Position numbers and translations under genes: made by a program. This document shows, one piece after another, positions 8,841 through 18,058 of a DNA stretch of 32,000 nucleotides; positions within the stretch are counted from its first letter, which is position 1, and each line of letters starts with the position of its first letter. Below the pieces are notes generated by a model. It searched no databases and was not told the origin of the DNA. It saw only the letters and a list, made by a program, of their open reading frames with translations. Origin of the DNA: Vibrio vulnificus CMCP6 (lineage in GTDB: Bacteria; Pseudomonadota; Gammaproteobacteria; Enterobacterales; Vibrionaceae); the NCBI RefSeq assembly GCF_000039765.1, contig NC_004460.2, positions 270,001 to 302,000 on the forward strand, given 5' to 3'.

Positions 8841-9632
8841 TTAAGCTTTGCAGCTCGGAGATTTACCTTGGTAAACGGGCAATTTACTGGCTTTGTCCTG
8901 CAAATCTTTGATACGCGTACTGTGAGATGGGTGGGTTGAAAGTAGCTCAGGTGGTTGGTTTCCGCCTGAGGCTTTCGCCATGTTTTTCCACAGTTCCACA
9001 CTCTGTTTTGGGTCGAATCCTGCTTTTGCCATGTATTCTAGGCCGACAATATCGGCTTCGGATTCTTGGGTTCGGCCGTAAGGTAAAATTACCCCATATT
9101 GCACGCCCACACCCAACGCTGCCATGGTAATTTGTTGATATTGCTTATACTCAGACGCACCTATGGCAACGTTGGCCAACTGTAATCCGGCATTGGCAAG
9201 CTGGCTTTGAGAGAGACGTTCATTGCTGTGTTCTGCGAGCACGTGCGCCACTTCATGGCCAATGACCGTCGCCAATTGGTCTTGGTTAACCGCGACATTC
9301 AGCAAGCCAGTATAAACGCCAATTTTTCCCCCTGGCAGGGCAAAAGCGTTCACTTGGTCACTATCAAATACCACCACTTCCCACTCTTTGAAACCGGGTT
9401 GAGGGGGAATGGTGTCGGTAATCGCTTTGGCAACACACTGCACATATTGATTGGTCGCTTTGTTTTGACTAATCGGAATCTCTTTTTTCATCTGCTCAAA
9501 AGAGTTCGCACCAAGTGTGGACATCTCACTATCTGAAAACATCAGCAGTTGATTACGCCCAGTAGGGGAAGAAGTGCAAGCAGTAAGCCCAGCAACGACG
9601 ATGAGTGCAGAAGCTTTCAACCACGATGACAT
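8841..9632 (-). CDS. M48-family metallopeptidase lipoprotein (LoiP/YggG-like)
   Basis: Lipobox LTAC in MSSWLKASALIVVAGLTACTSSP, M48 zinc motif HEVAHVLAEH, and ESEADIVGLEYMAKAG. ATG 9632 has GGAG upstream; the track start 9644 is 4 codons further out. Confidence 0.9.
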   Translation of the reverse strand: MSSWLKASALIVVAGLTACTSSPTGRNQLLMFSDSEMSTLGANSFEQMKKEIPISQNKATNQYVQCVAKAITDTIPPQPGFKEWEVVVFDSDQVNAFALPGGKIGVYTGLLNVAVNQDQLATVIGHEVAHVLAEHSNERLSQSQLANAGLQLANVAIGASEYKQYQQITMAALGVGVQYGVILPYGRTQESEADIVGLEYMAKAGFDPKQSVELWKNMAKASGGNQPPELLSTHPSHSTRIKDLQDKASKLPVYQGKSPSCKA

Positions 9633-9699
9633 AACAATCTCCATATCGATAATTTTGGGTATATACTAGCGCCAATTGTAACGAAAATCTGGCAAAAGA

Positions 9700-10134
9700 A
9701 TGAGCATTTGGAAAAAACCGATCGATTTAGCGACCCTAAACGCAACCTCAAAAAATACGCTTATTGAACACTTACAAATCGAATACACCGGGTTTACCGA
9801 AAACTCTCTGACTGCAACCATGCCGGTTTGCAGTTTTACTCATCAACCACTCGGCATGTTACATGGTGGCGCATCGGTGGTGCTTGCTGAAACACTCGGC
9901 TCTTTAGCGGCCAATTTTTGCGTGGCTGCCGGTTCTTATTGTGTTGGGCTCGATATTAATGCCAACCATATTCGCCCGATGCGCAGCGGTTATGTTATTG
10001 GTACGGCAACGCCAATCCACCTCGGTGTATCAACGCAAGTGTGGCAAATTACGATTACAGATGAACGTGAGAGATTGGTTTGCACCAGCCGTTTGACCAT
10101 AGCTGTTAAACAGCACAAAGAGCGTGGTGTTTAA
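9700..10134 (+). CDS. menI: Hotdog-fold thioesterase, 1,4-dihydroxy-2-naphthoyl-CoA hydrolase-like (MenI/YdiI family)
   Basis: MSIWKKPIDLATLNA…PLGMLHGGASVVLAETLGSLA…GLDINANHIRPMRSG…LHLGVSTQVWQITITDERERLVCTSRLT closely follows the E. coli YdiI/MenI pattern from memory. Confidence 0.88.
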   Translation: MSIWKKPIDLATLNATSKNTLIEHLQIEYTGFTENSLTATMPVCSFTHQPLGMLHGGASVVLAETLGSLAANFCVAAGSYCVGLDINANHIRPMRSGYVIGTATPIHLGVSTQVWQITITDERERLVCTSRLTIAVKQHKERGV

Positions 10135-10135
10135 T

Positions 10136-10372
10136 ATGGTGATTGAATTTAGCCACGGTAAAATCATCGTCACGCCACATGAAGTCGTTGTGAGGCTGCA
10201 AGGTGGTCACAGTGTCACTTTAAGCGCTCAGGTCGATGCAGTTCAACTGATTGGTCGTGGCGCCAATGTTTTGGTGGCGAACGGTGCGGAGTGTAAATGG
10301 TCAATCAAGTTAGATTCTGAATCTCAACTCATTGAAATTTCGCAGCAATTAGGCATTGCAATCGATGCGTGA
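10136..10372 (+). CDS. Small uncharacterised protein, DUF3389-like
   Basis: ORF begins MVIEFSHGKIIVTPHEVVVRLQGG, immediately after the menI stop. ATG 10136 is preferred over 10124. Family name is recalled, not searched. Confidence 0.65.
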   Translation: MVIEFSHGKIIVTPHEVVVRLQGGHSVTLSAQVDAVQLIGRGANVLVANGAECKWSIKLDSESQLIEISQQLGIAIDA

Positions 10373-10445
10373 AAATCGTTTGCACTGTTAAGCAAAAATA
10401 AGGAAACTTAGGGCTACCGAATTCAACGACGAAATTTCCCATTTT

Positions 10446-12137
10446 ATGAGTAGCCCGCGTCTAAGAGTCCAATTTGAAACGCTTTTCCAACACTTCGACG
10501 GTAAAAACAGCGATGTTCAGCTTGAAGACATCACTGAAATTCTGTTCTGCACCCGTCGCAACGCTCGCATTGTTCTAAACAAACTTGAAGAAGAAGGCTG
10601 GATTGAATGGCATCCCGCGGCAGGACGAGGCAAGCTCTCCCAGCTTATTTTTAAGCGTAGCAAAGCAGACGTGAGTGAAAATCTTGCCAAGCGCTACTTG
10701 GAAGAAGGGAAAATTGGCCAAGCGCTCGAAGTCTTAGACAGCGACGCGGCAAAATTGACGCAGGTGATCCAAGGCTATCTTGGTTTGCAGCACCGAGAAG
10801 GGGAACAGGTGGTTCGTCTACCTTATTACCGACCACTCTCTATGCTCAATCCACATTTACAGATGCGTAGAACGGAAATTCACATTGCACGGCAAATCTT
10901 TAGTGGCTTAACCAAGCTCGATGATAACGATGTTTTGCAACCCGATCTGGCACATACATGGGAAATGCGCAGTGCCAAACACTGGCGTTTTTACCTGCGA
11001 CCGGGTGTTCGCTTTCACAATGGTGAGCTGCTCACCACCGACATGGTGATCGAAAGCTTACTAGAGCTGCGCAGACTCAACCTTTTTTCTCATCTTCAAT
11101 CTGTGACCACACCCAGTCCGTGGGTGGTGGATATTCACCTGTTTAAAGACGATTTTCATCTGCCTTTGGCGTTGAGTGAATCTCAAGCCAAGATATTGTT
11201 GCCCGAAAGGCTGCGCAGTGAAGATTACCACATTCGCCCAGTCGGAACAGGCCCCTATATGGTTCAATCGAATGACGATAAGAGGCTAATTCTTCGCGCG
11301 TTTGACGGCTATTTTGGCTTTCGTCCGCTACTGGACCAAGTGGAAGTGTGGGTGATTGACGAAGCGTACTCTTCGATGGTCTACCCGAGTTTAAGCAAGC
11401 CCATCATGGACGCTTCCTCGTTATCAGATGAAGTGGAACTCGACCCCGGTTGCACTTTTCTATTGCTCAATAAGCGTAGTGGTGTAGCAAAAGATCCCCG
11501 TTGGGCGGAGTTTTTAGCGTCCGTTCTCAACGGCTATCAGCTGTTTAGCTACGTCCCGCAAGAGAAAGTGATCGAACTAGGACTACTGCAAGCGTTTGGT
11601 ATCAAACCCGGCTGGATCGATCTTTACCCGAAACCCAATATGGAGCCGCCGACAGAGCTAGAACGAATTTCAGTGGCGTATCAAGCTCAACATCCGATGT
11701 TTCCCGTGATCGCGAAAACCATTAAGACCATCCTTAAGCGCTACCAAATTGATGTGGAGTTCGTGAAATACGATGCGTCTTTGCAAGAACCTGAGTGTGT
11801 GGATGTTTGGATCAAAGCCATGGGCATTGCGACGAATCGCGATGACGCACTGGCGGGTTGGTTATTGGATTACAGCAACATTGAGTCGATGAGTACAGAT
11901 GGTGACTTTGCTCGCTGGAGTCAACTCGTAGACCTGTGGCGGGAAGGAGGCTGCGAAGAGTTTCCCGCGCGTGAAATCGGTCGACAGTTAGTGCGTAGTT
12001 GCCAAGTTATCCCGATGTTCCATTGTTGGCTAGGGGTTAACAAAGATCACAGTGGTGCACTGCAAAACGCGAAGTGCAATGCGCTAGGCTGGTTTGACTT
12101 CAGCCAAGTGTGGGTGAAACCGGAATTAGATAACTGA
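10446..12137 (+). CDS. SgrR-family transcriptional regulator (N-terminal DNA-binding plus C-terminal solute-binding-protein-like domain)
   Basis: N-terminus RLRVQFETLFQHFDGKNSDVQLEDITEILFCTRRNARIVLNKLEEEGWIEWHPAAGRGKLSQLIF, then an SBP_bac_5-like domain (DLAHTWEMRSAKHWRFYLRPGVRFHNGELLTTDMV…). Confidence 0.88.
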   Translation: MSSPRLRVQFETLFQHFDGKNSDVQLEDITEILFCTRRNARIVLNKLEEEGWIEWHPAAGRGKLSQLIFKRSKADVSENLAKRYLEEGKIGQALEVLDSDAAKLTQVIQGYLGLQHREGEQVVRLPYYRPLSMLNPHLQMRRTEIHIARQIFSGLTKLDDNDVLQPDLAHTWEMRSAKHWRFYLRPGVRFHNGELLTTDMVIESLLELRRLNLFSHLQSVTTPSPWVVDIHLFKDDFHLPLALSESQAKILLPERLRSEDYHIRPVGTGPYMVQSNDDKRLILRAFDGYFGFRPLLDQVEVWVIDEAYSSMVYPSLSKPIMDASSLSDEVELDPGCTFLLLNKRSGVAKDPRWAEFLASVLNGYQLFSYVPQEKVIELGLLQAFGIKPGWIDLYPKPNMEPPTELERISVAYQAQHPMFPVIAKTIKTILKRYQIDVEFVKYDASLQEPECVDVWIKAMGIATNRDDALAGWLLDYSNIESMSTDGDFARWSQLVDLWREGGCEEFPAREIGRQLVRSCQVIPMFHCWLGVNKDHSGALQNAKCNALGWFDFSQVWVKPELDN

Positions 12138-12388
12138 TGGCCAAGCCAAACAAAAAAGCCCCCGAACGAACGGTTGAGATTATTTGCAGTAAATGTCGCG
12201 CCTTACTGTTTAAATATCGAAAAGGAGGAAAGGGCGCTTTAGTGAAATGTTTTAAAGAGCGTATCATCGACAATTACTGTGAAAAAGCATGCCATTGCCC
12301 CAACTGTGATAGTGAGTTTGCGCGTGATAGCCTCATTAGAGGCACACCCGCTTATAAAATTATTGGTGGGAAAGCCAAGCTGAAATAG
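12137..12388 (+). CDS. Small zinc-ribbon-like cytoplasmic protein
   Basis: 83 aa with ICSKC…KCF…YCEKACHCPNC motifs; its ATG overlaps the sgrR-like stop by one base (TGATG). Confidence 0.7.
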   Translation: MAKPNKKAPERTVEIICSKCRALLFKYRKGGKGALVKCFKERIIDNYCEKACHCPNCDSEFARDSLIRGTPAYKIIGGKAKLK

Positions 12389-12390
12389 AG

Positions 12391-12425
12391 TAAAAATAAG
12401 GGAAACCACGTGGTTTCCCTTTTTG
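12391..12425. terminator. Bidirectional Rho-independent terminator between convergent genes
   Basis: AAGGGAAACCAC(12398-12409)/GTGGTTTCCCTT(12410-12421), a perfect 24-nt palindrome flanked by TAAAAAT on the left and a T-run on the right. Confidence 0.85.
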
Positions 12426-12443
12426 ATTCGATTGAATATCACT

Positions 12444-14078
12444 TTATCTAAGTTTAAATGCGTAGCACTGATACGGTTTTAGTGACAATGTCACTCCGAG
12501 CATGCACAACGAATCGTAGTTATAAATCAGGCAGTTAACTTCTTTGTTTTGCAAGTTATCCGGCAACGCTAATGAAATATCTTGATCACTAAAGTTGTTG
12601 ATGACCAGCAGCTGCTCATCTTGATGTGAGCGGACATAGGCAAACACACTATCGTGCTCTGCAAACAGTGGGGTGAAATCGCCATAGACGATCGCTGGGT
12701 GCTGTTTGCGCAGTTCAATCAGCTTTTGGTAGTGATAGAAAATGGAATCTGAATCTGCCAATGCTTGTTCCACGTTGATCTCTGGATAGTTCGGATTCAC
12801 TTCAATCCAAGGTTTCGCCTGACTAAAGCCACCATTCTGAGATGCGGACCACTGCATTGGGGTGCGAGCATTGTCACGGCTGTTCTCATGTATCGCGTCC
12901 ATCATATGTTGATGTGACACCCCTGATTCTGTTTTCACTTTGTAGAAGTTCAGCGTTTCAATGTCTTTGTATTGCTCTAACGACTCAAACGCGACATTGG
13001 TCATACCGATCTCTTCACCTTGGTAGATGTAAGGCGTGCCTTTGAGGAAATGCAACGCCGTTGCCAGCATTTTCGCTGACTCAACACGATAACGTTGGTC
13101 ATCACCGTATTTCGAGACTACTCGTGGTAAATCGTGATTGTTCCAAAACAACGAGTTCCAACCTTGGTTCGATAACTCGGTTTGCCACTTGGTCAGTACG
13201 TGTTTGAATTGTTTGAGATCAAGAGGAATAGGGTTCCATTTGTCACCGTGTTGCCAAGTGAGCGTGATGTGCTCAAATTGGAACACCATGGAGAGTTCAT
13301 GACGCTCAGGATCGCTATACAATTTTGCAATTTCTGGGGTTGCTCCCCATGTTTCGCCAACGGTCAGCAGATCTTTGTCGCCAAACGTCGCTCTGTTCAT
13401 TTCCTGCAATAGTGGATGCAGCCTTGGGCCATTACCAGTAATACCTTTGTCGATCTCTTTGCCAATCAAGTCGATAACGTCGAGCCTAAATCCACCGATG
13501 CCTTGGTCAATCCACCAGTTCATCATCTTGTGTACTTCCTGCTGGACTTTAGGATTCTCCCAATTGAGATCCGGCTGTCGCTTAGAAAATAGATGGAAGT
13601 AATACTGTTGTGTTGCTTCATCCCATTGCCAAGCACTGCCTCCAAAAATCGAGCCTTGGTCATCGGGCACACTGCCATCTGGTTTCGCATCACGCCAAAT
13701 ATAGTAGTCACGATAAGGGTTGTCTCTCGATTTACGCGCTTCTACAAACCAAGGGTGTTCATCTGAGGTATGGTTGACAACAAGATCCATTACGATGCGG
13801 ATATCACGTGCTTTTGCTTGAGCAAGTAAGTTTTGCATATCGGCCATGGTGCCAAATTCCGCAGCGATATCTTGATAATCAGAAATGTCGTAGCCGTTGT
13901 CGTCCATAGGCGACTTATACACGGGCGAGAGCCAAAGCACGTTTACGCCAAGTGTTTTCAGGTAATCGAGTTTGCTGATGATGCCATTTAAATCACCGAT
14001 GCCGTCGTTGTTTGAGTCGCAAAAACTACGCGGGTAGATTTGATAGACCACCGCATCGTGCCACCATTTGTTTTCCAT
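12444..14078 (-). CDS. GH13 alpha-glucosidase / oligo-1,6-glucosidase-like
   Basis: WWHDAVVYQIYPRSFCDSNNDGIGDLNGI, DLVVNHTSDEHPWF, GFRLDVIDLI (nucleophile region), GETWG, and NNHDLPR. Confidence 0.93.
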   Translation of the reverse strand: MENKWWHDAVVYQIYPRSFCDSNNDGIGDLNGIISKLDYLKTLGVNVLWLSPVYKSPMDDNGYDISDYQDIAAEFGTMADMQNLLAQAKARDIRIVMDLVVNHTSDEHPWFVEARKSRDNPYRDYYIWRDAKPDGSVPDDQGSIFGGSAWQWDEATQQYYFHLFSKRQPDLNWENPKVQQEVHKMMNWWIDQGIGGFRLDVIDLIGKEIDKGITGNGPRLHPLLQEMNRATFGDKDLLTVGETWGATPEIAKLYSDPERHELSMVFQFEHITLTWQHGDKWNPIPLDLKQFKHVLTKWQTELSNQGWNSLFWNNHDLPRVVSKYGDDQRYRVESAKMLATALHFLKGTPYIYQGEEIGMTNVAFESLEQYKDIETLNFYKVKTESGVSHQHMMDAIHENSRDNARTPMQWSASQNGGFSQAKPWIEVNPNYPEINVEQALADSDSIFYHYQKLIELRKQHPAIVYGDFTPLFAEHDSVFAYVRSHQDEQLLVINNFSDQDISLALPDNLQNKEVNCLIYNYDSLCMLGVTLSLKPYQCYAFKLR

Positions 14079-14295
14079 TCGCTAAAACCTCTTTAAGCTT
14101 TTTGTTAGTGTCAATGTAGTCTTTCTGAGTTCACAATAAAAATAGATTACACTTGGTTTGATATAGGTTTTTTTTATATCATCAGCAACGCATGCCGTGC
14201 TAAGTTCAATTGAGGATAAATTAGCCAGCAGAAATGTGATCTTCACCGTTTAACGCCGTGCGCTCCGATGATGTGTGCTGTGCGAGAGATGAACC

Positions 14296-15210
14296 ATGAA
14301 CAAAAACTACCGTTATTTCTTAACCGTCGCTCATGAACTGAATATCAAACAAGCGGCGGAAAAACTGCATATTAGCCAACCAACGCTGACCGCCGCCATC
14401 AAAAAGCTCGAGAGTGATATTGGTGTCTCTCTATTTCATCGCCGATCCAAAGGTGTCGAGTTGACGGAATATGGCCGGATGTTTAAATCTTATGCCCAAG
14501 AGCAGCAAGAAAAACACGCTCAGTTGATGCACCGTTTTACCGATATGCAGCAGCGTCATTTTGGTAAGCTAAAAGTTGGTACGGGTGAGGCTTGGTGGGA
14601 GCTATTTGTCAAAGAAAGCGTAGAAACCTATCAAGAGCGTATTCCCAATACCTCGCTACACCTCGAATTTGGTAACAACTTGTCGCTTATGCATCATCTG
14701 GTTCAAGGGGAGTTGGACCTTTTTGTTGGCCATGAAGTTCAAGGCCTTCATGATCGTTGTAAGGTACATTTCATCCCATTATTTCAAGACAACGAGGCTT
14801 ACTTTGTGCGTCGTGACCACCCGTTACTGAAAATTCGCTCGAAAGAAAGTGAAAAGCGCCTCGAACAGCAGAAAGTCTATCCGCTGCTGCGTGTCACGCC
14901 CGATCATGCCCGTCACCGTTCAGTGCTTGCTGACCACATGACATCACCCTTTGAACTTTCAGCATCCAGGCTAGAAGACAGAGCAATCTATGATGTTGAC
15001 TCATTGTTCGCAAGTTTAGACCTATTAAAGTGCAGCGATGCGATCATGCCCTATAGTGATCGTATGTGCGAATGGATGGCCGCAAGGGAAATCGAAACGT
15101 TGGTGATCAATCGTCAGCAACTCGGTAATGTCGGAATCTATACCGCAAAAGGAGAACTTGATGAAAAAACAATGCAATTTATCCAGTTATTGAGAGAGCA
15201 TTATGAGTGA
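14296..15210 (+). CDS. LysR-family transcriptional regulator
   Basis: N-terminal HTH NYRYFLTVAHELNIKQAAEKLHISQPTLTAAIKKLESDIGVSLFHRRSKGVELTEYG. Confidence 0.93.
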   Translation: MNKNYRYFLTVAHELNIKQAAEKLHISQPTLTAAIKKLESDIGVSLFHRRSKGVELTEYGRMFKSYAQEQQEKHAQLMHRFTDMQQRHFGKLKVGTGEAWWELFVKESVETYQERIPNTSLHLEFGNNLSLMHHLVQGELDLFVGHEVQGLHDRCKVHFIPLFQDNEAYFVRRDHPLLKIRSKESEKRLEQQKVYPLLRVTPDHARHRSVLADHMTSPFELSASRLEDRAIYDVDSLFASLDLLKCSDAIMPYSDRMCEWMAAREIETLVINRQQLGNVGIYTAKGELDEKTMQFIQLLREHYE

Positions 15211-15544
15211 TTCAAACCATGACTTTTGTGTGGTGTTGACCACCACCAATAATGATGCCAATAAACATGCCATCATTAAGGCGCTATTGAGCAAACAACT
15301 TGCTGCGTGTATTCAAGAAATACCAATGACTAGCCATTATATTTGGCAAGAAGAAGTATGCCACGACAGTGAAACACTGCTGGTGATAAAAAGCAAAAAA
15401 TCGCTTTATACGCTGTTGGAAGAAGCGATACGTGAGTTGCACAACTACGAAGTGCCGCAAATTGTACAACTCGACATCGCCGCGGGCTTTCCGCCCTATT
15501 TAAGCTGGATCGCGGCCAACACCTTGGAGACGCAAAAGCATTAA
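15203..15544 (+). CDS. cutA: CutA-family divalent-cation tolerance protein
   Basis: CVVLTTTNNDANKHAIIKALLSKQLAACIQEIPMTSHYIWQEEVCHDSETLLVIKSKKSLYTLLEEAIRELHNYEVPQIVQLDIAAGFPPYLSWI, the CutA1 core pattern. Confidence 0.88.
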   Translation: MSDSNHDFCVVLTTTNNDANKHAIIKALLSKQLAACIQEIPMTSHYIWQEEVCHDSETLLVIKSKKSLYTLLEEAIRELHNYEVPQIVQLDIAAGFPPYLSWIAANTLETQKH

Positions 15545-16096
15545 CGAGGTAAGTGCACCGAGGGTGTCACACAGCATGTCTTTCTGTGCATCCCAGATAT
15601 CACCTTGAGAGCCGAGAAAAGCGATGCCTTCGTCACCACCGGCGAGGGCAGCATACCACCATTCAATAATTTCATAGGCAGCGGCTAAGCTCATAATCGC
15701 AAACAGGGCAAATAAAGAAGCAAAAGTGAACGACTGTTTATGCTGTTTCACCAAGTACTCTGCAATGGGATAAGCGTAAAGGCCGATAGAAAAGTGGGCC
15801 AAGCGATCATAGTTGTTTCTTTCCGAGCCAATCAGCTGGTTGAACCAATCAAATGGCACTTCGGCGAAAGTGTATTTTGCCCCGATGGTGTGTAGACAAA
15901 GCCAAACAAACATCAGTAAGTAAGCGGTGCGACTGAAGGTAAAGCGTCGACTGAGCCAAATGATCGTCGCAAGAATGGCAACGGCTGGAATGATTTCGGC
16001 AATCCACACCGCGTGAGAGGTCGGCGATACCGCAGAGAAAACGAAGATGACAGCATAGCCGAGCGTCAAGAGCAGCAAAGGATTTTGTTTTGTCAT
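15500..16096 (-). CDS. DUF2238/YjdF-like inner membrane protein
   Basis: Multi-TM protein with DRLAHFSIGLYAYPIAEYLV, AAYEIIEWWYA and FLGSQGDIWDAQKDMLCDTLGAL. Track start is 16114; ATG 16096 is an alternative. Confidence 0.85.
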   Translation of the reverse strand: MTKQNPLLLLTLGYAVIFVFSAVSPTSHAVWIAEIIPAVAILATIIWLSRRFTFSRTAYLLMFVWLCLHTIGAKYTFAEVPFDWFNQLIGSERNNYDRLAHFSIGLYAYPIAEYLVKQHKQSFTFASLFALFAIMSLAAAYEIIEWWYAALAGGDEGIAFLGSQGDIWDAQKDMLCDTLGALTSLMLLRLQGVGRDPA

Positions 16097-16396
16097 TAAG
16101 TTTTCCTTCTTCATCGTGATTCTATTCCCTTAGTTTTCGCGTAAATCGCGTCAAATGATGACAGCTTATTGAACGTTGTTCAATTAATTTGTGTGACGCA
16201 CCATTCACCCTGATGGTTTGGGCGATGTAATCAGAGAGAGTAAGCGGGTATATCGATTACGAAATGTGTTGATAGCTTGCGCGTTGGCTCAACATTTAAC
16301 CGTTTGCGGCAATACATTTCATTAAAGTTTGATTTACATTTGCTTGTACCACTAGAATCCGGACTCTAATTCAAAAAACAAAAAGAAAGTGAAGTC

Positions 16397-17236
16397 ATGA
16401 AACTGGAAACTGTCGATTATCTTGCTGATGATGCAGCAGAACAATTTGTCACATCGCTGCGCGAAACTGGGTTTGGCGTCCTGAAAAATCACCCAATTCC
16501 GAAAGAGTTGGTGGAATCGATTTATAAGAACTGGTACGAGTTTTTCTCAACGGAGCAAAAGCACGATTTTCATTTTAATGTTGAAACACAAGATGGTTAC
16601 TTCCCACCGTCGGTTTCTGAAGTGGCGAAAGGGCATAGCGTTAAAGACATCAAGGAATACTTCCACGTCTATCCTTGGGGTCAAATGCCAGAGCAGCTCA
16701 AAGCAGAAATCATGGAATACTATGAGCGCGCAAATGCCTTTGCTTCCGAACTGCTAGGCTGGGTTGAAGCCCACGCACCAAAAGAGGTTCAGGAAAAGTT
16801 TTCTGTTGCTCTGTCTGAGATGATCAATGGCAGTGACAAAACCTTATTGCGTGTATTGCACTATCCACCAATGACGGGTGATGAAGAGCCGGGCGCTATT
16901 CGCGCGGCTGCGCATGAAGACATCAACTTGTTGACCGTATTACCAGCGGCAAATGAGCCTGGCCTTCAAGTGAAAGCGAAAGATGGCAGCTGGATTGATG
17001 TGCCGTGTGACTTTGGCAACTTGATTATTAACATCGGCGACATGCTACAAGAGGCGTCAGGTGGTTACTTTCCGTCGACAACACACCGTGTGATCAACCC
17101 AACGGGTGAACGTCAAACGCAGTCGCGCATTTCACTACCATTGTTCCTTCATCCTAAACCTGACGTAGTTCTTTCTGAGCGCTACACCGCGCATAGCTAT
17201 CTGATGGAGCGTTTAAGAGAGCTAGGTGTGATTTAA
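16397..17236 (+). CDS. Isopenicillin-N-synthase-like 2-oxoglutarate/Fe(II) oxygenase
   Basis: AAAHEDINLLTVLPA, HRVINP and RISLPLFLHPKPD (HxD…H…RxS signature). Confidence 0.88.
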   Translation: MKLETVDYLADDAAEQFVTSLRETGFGVLKNHPIPKELVESIYKNWYEFFSTEQKHDFHFNVETQDGYFPPSVSEVAKGHSVKDIKEYFHVYPWGQMPEQLKAEIMEYYERANAFASELLGWVEAHAPKEVQEKFSVALSEMINGSDKTLLRVLHYPPMTGDEEPGAIRAAAHEDINLLTVLPAANEPGLQVKAKDGSWIDVPCDFGNLIINIGDMLQEASGGYFPSTTHRVINPTGERQTQSRISLPLFLHPKPDVVLSERYTAHSYLMERLRELGVI

Positions 17237-17261
17237 GCCTTATTCCACATCACAGACTGTG

Positions 17262-17292
17262 AGAGACAGCCAATGTGCTGTCTCTTTTTTTC
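17262..17292 (+). terminator. Rho-independent terminator
   Basis: AGAGACAGC(17262-17270)-CAATGT-GCTGTCTCT(17277-17285) followed by an uninterrupted T-tract to 17292. Confidence 0.9.
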
Positions 17293-17395
17293 AACACTGC
17301 TTCACGAACTGACAGTCAAAATGAAATCTTGCTCGACAAATTGGCTATCCTGACTTTGAATAAAAGGAGCAAGCAAATTCAGATAGGCGAATAGG

Positions 17396-18010
17396 ATGCA
17401 GCAAACGAATTTGGCGGCCACTTTCCAAACCTACATGGAAAACCCGTTGTTATGGCCGATTTTAGAAGTATTACGTCAGCAGCCAAGTGGCTGGAAGGTA
17501 CACACTCTCGCTTCACATTTAGGTGAGCTGGGATTGATTCACCAACTTGATCCTTCTCCCGACAAAGATCTTTTTAAGCGCAACTTTCTGATCATGAATG
17601 CGCTTTATCAGTTACAAGAAACGCTTTACCCAGACCATTGGCTTCAAGTTGAGGCGATGAATATCGTTTTGATGTCGAGTCACGCCTGCGCTGGCCATAC
17701 CATAGACGTCGATGATCCTTTAAGAGAATACTACGTCCAGTGGCAAAATTACGAAGCGAATGAAGGGGAAGTTAAACGTCTTTTGAACGAGTTCTGGACG
17801 CGTTATCGTCGTTTTGTTGGGCATCATGAAGGGGAGCCCATCGATAGAGAAAAAGCGTTGCAGTTGTTTGAACTCGATCCACATGCAACGGCCGTTGATA
17901 TCCGTAAGCGTTGGAGAAGGCTCGCACTGCGTTGGCATCCAGATCGTGACAACGGCAATGCAGAGCGATTTCGCGTGCTGTGCGAAGCGTGGAACGTTTT
18001 ACGCCACTGA
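17396..18010 (+). CDS. DnaJ-related protein with C-terminal J domain
   Basis: C-terminal ALQLFELDPHATAVDIRKRWRRLALRWHPDRDNGNAERFRVLCEAWNVLRH contains the HPD motif; N-terminal part resembles the DnaJ-related domain. Confidence 0.88.
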   Translation: MQQTNLAATFQTYMENPLLWPILEVLRQQPSGWKVHTLASHLGELGLIHQLDPSPDKDLFKRNFLIMNALYQLQETLYPDHWLQVEAMNIVLMSSHACAGHTIDVDDPLREYYVQWQNYEANEGEVKRLLNEFWTRYRRFVGHHEGEPIDREKALQLFELDPHATAVDIRKRWRRLALRWHPDRDNGNAERFRVLCEAWNVLRH

Positions 18011-18058
18011 CACCCAATAGCCACTCGGAGCCAATCACGTCTATTGGTTATCTTTGAG

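Noticed and set aside
18014-18047. CCAATAG…CTATTGG inverted repeat between convergent J-domain and GNAT genes
   Set aside because: Only a 7-bp A/T-leaning stem with a 20-nt loop and no clear T-tract; it may be a weak shared terminator, but support is insufficient.
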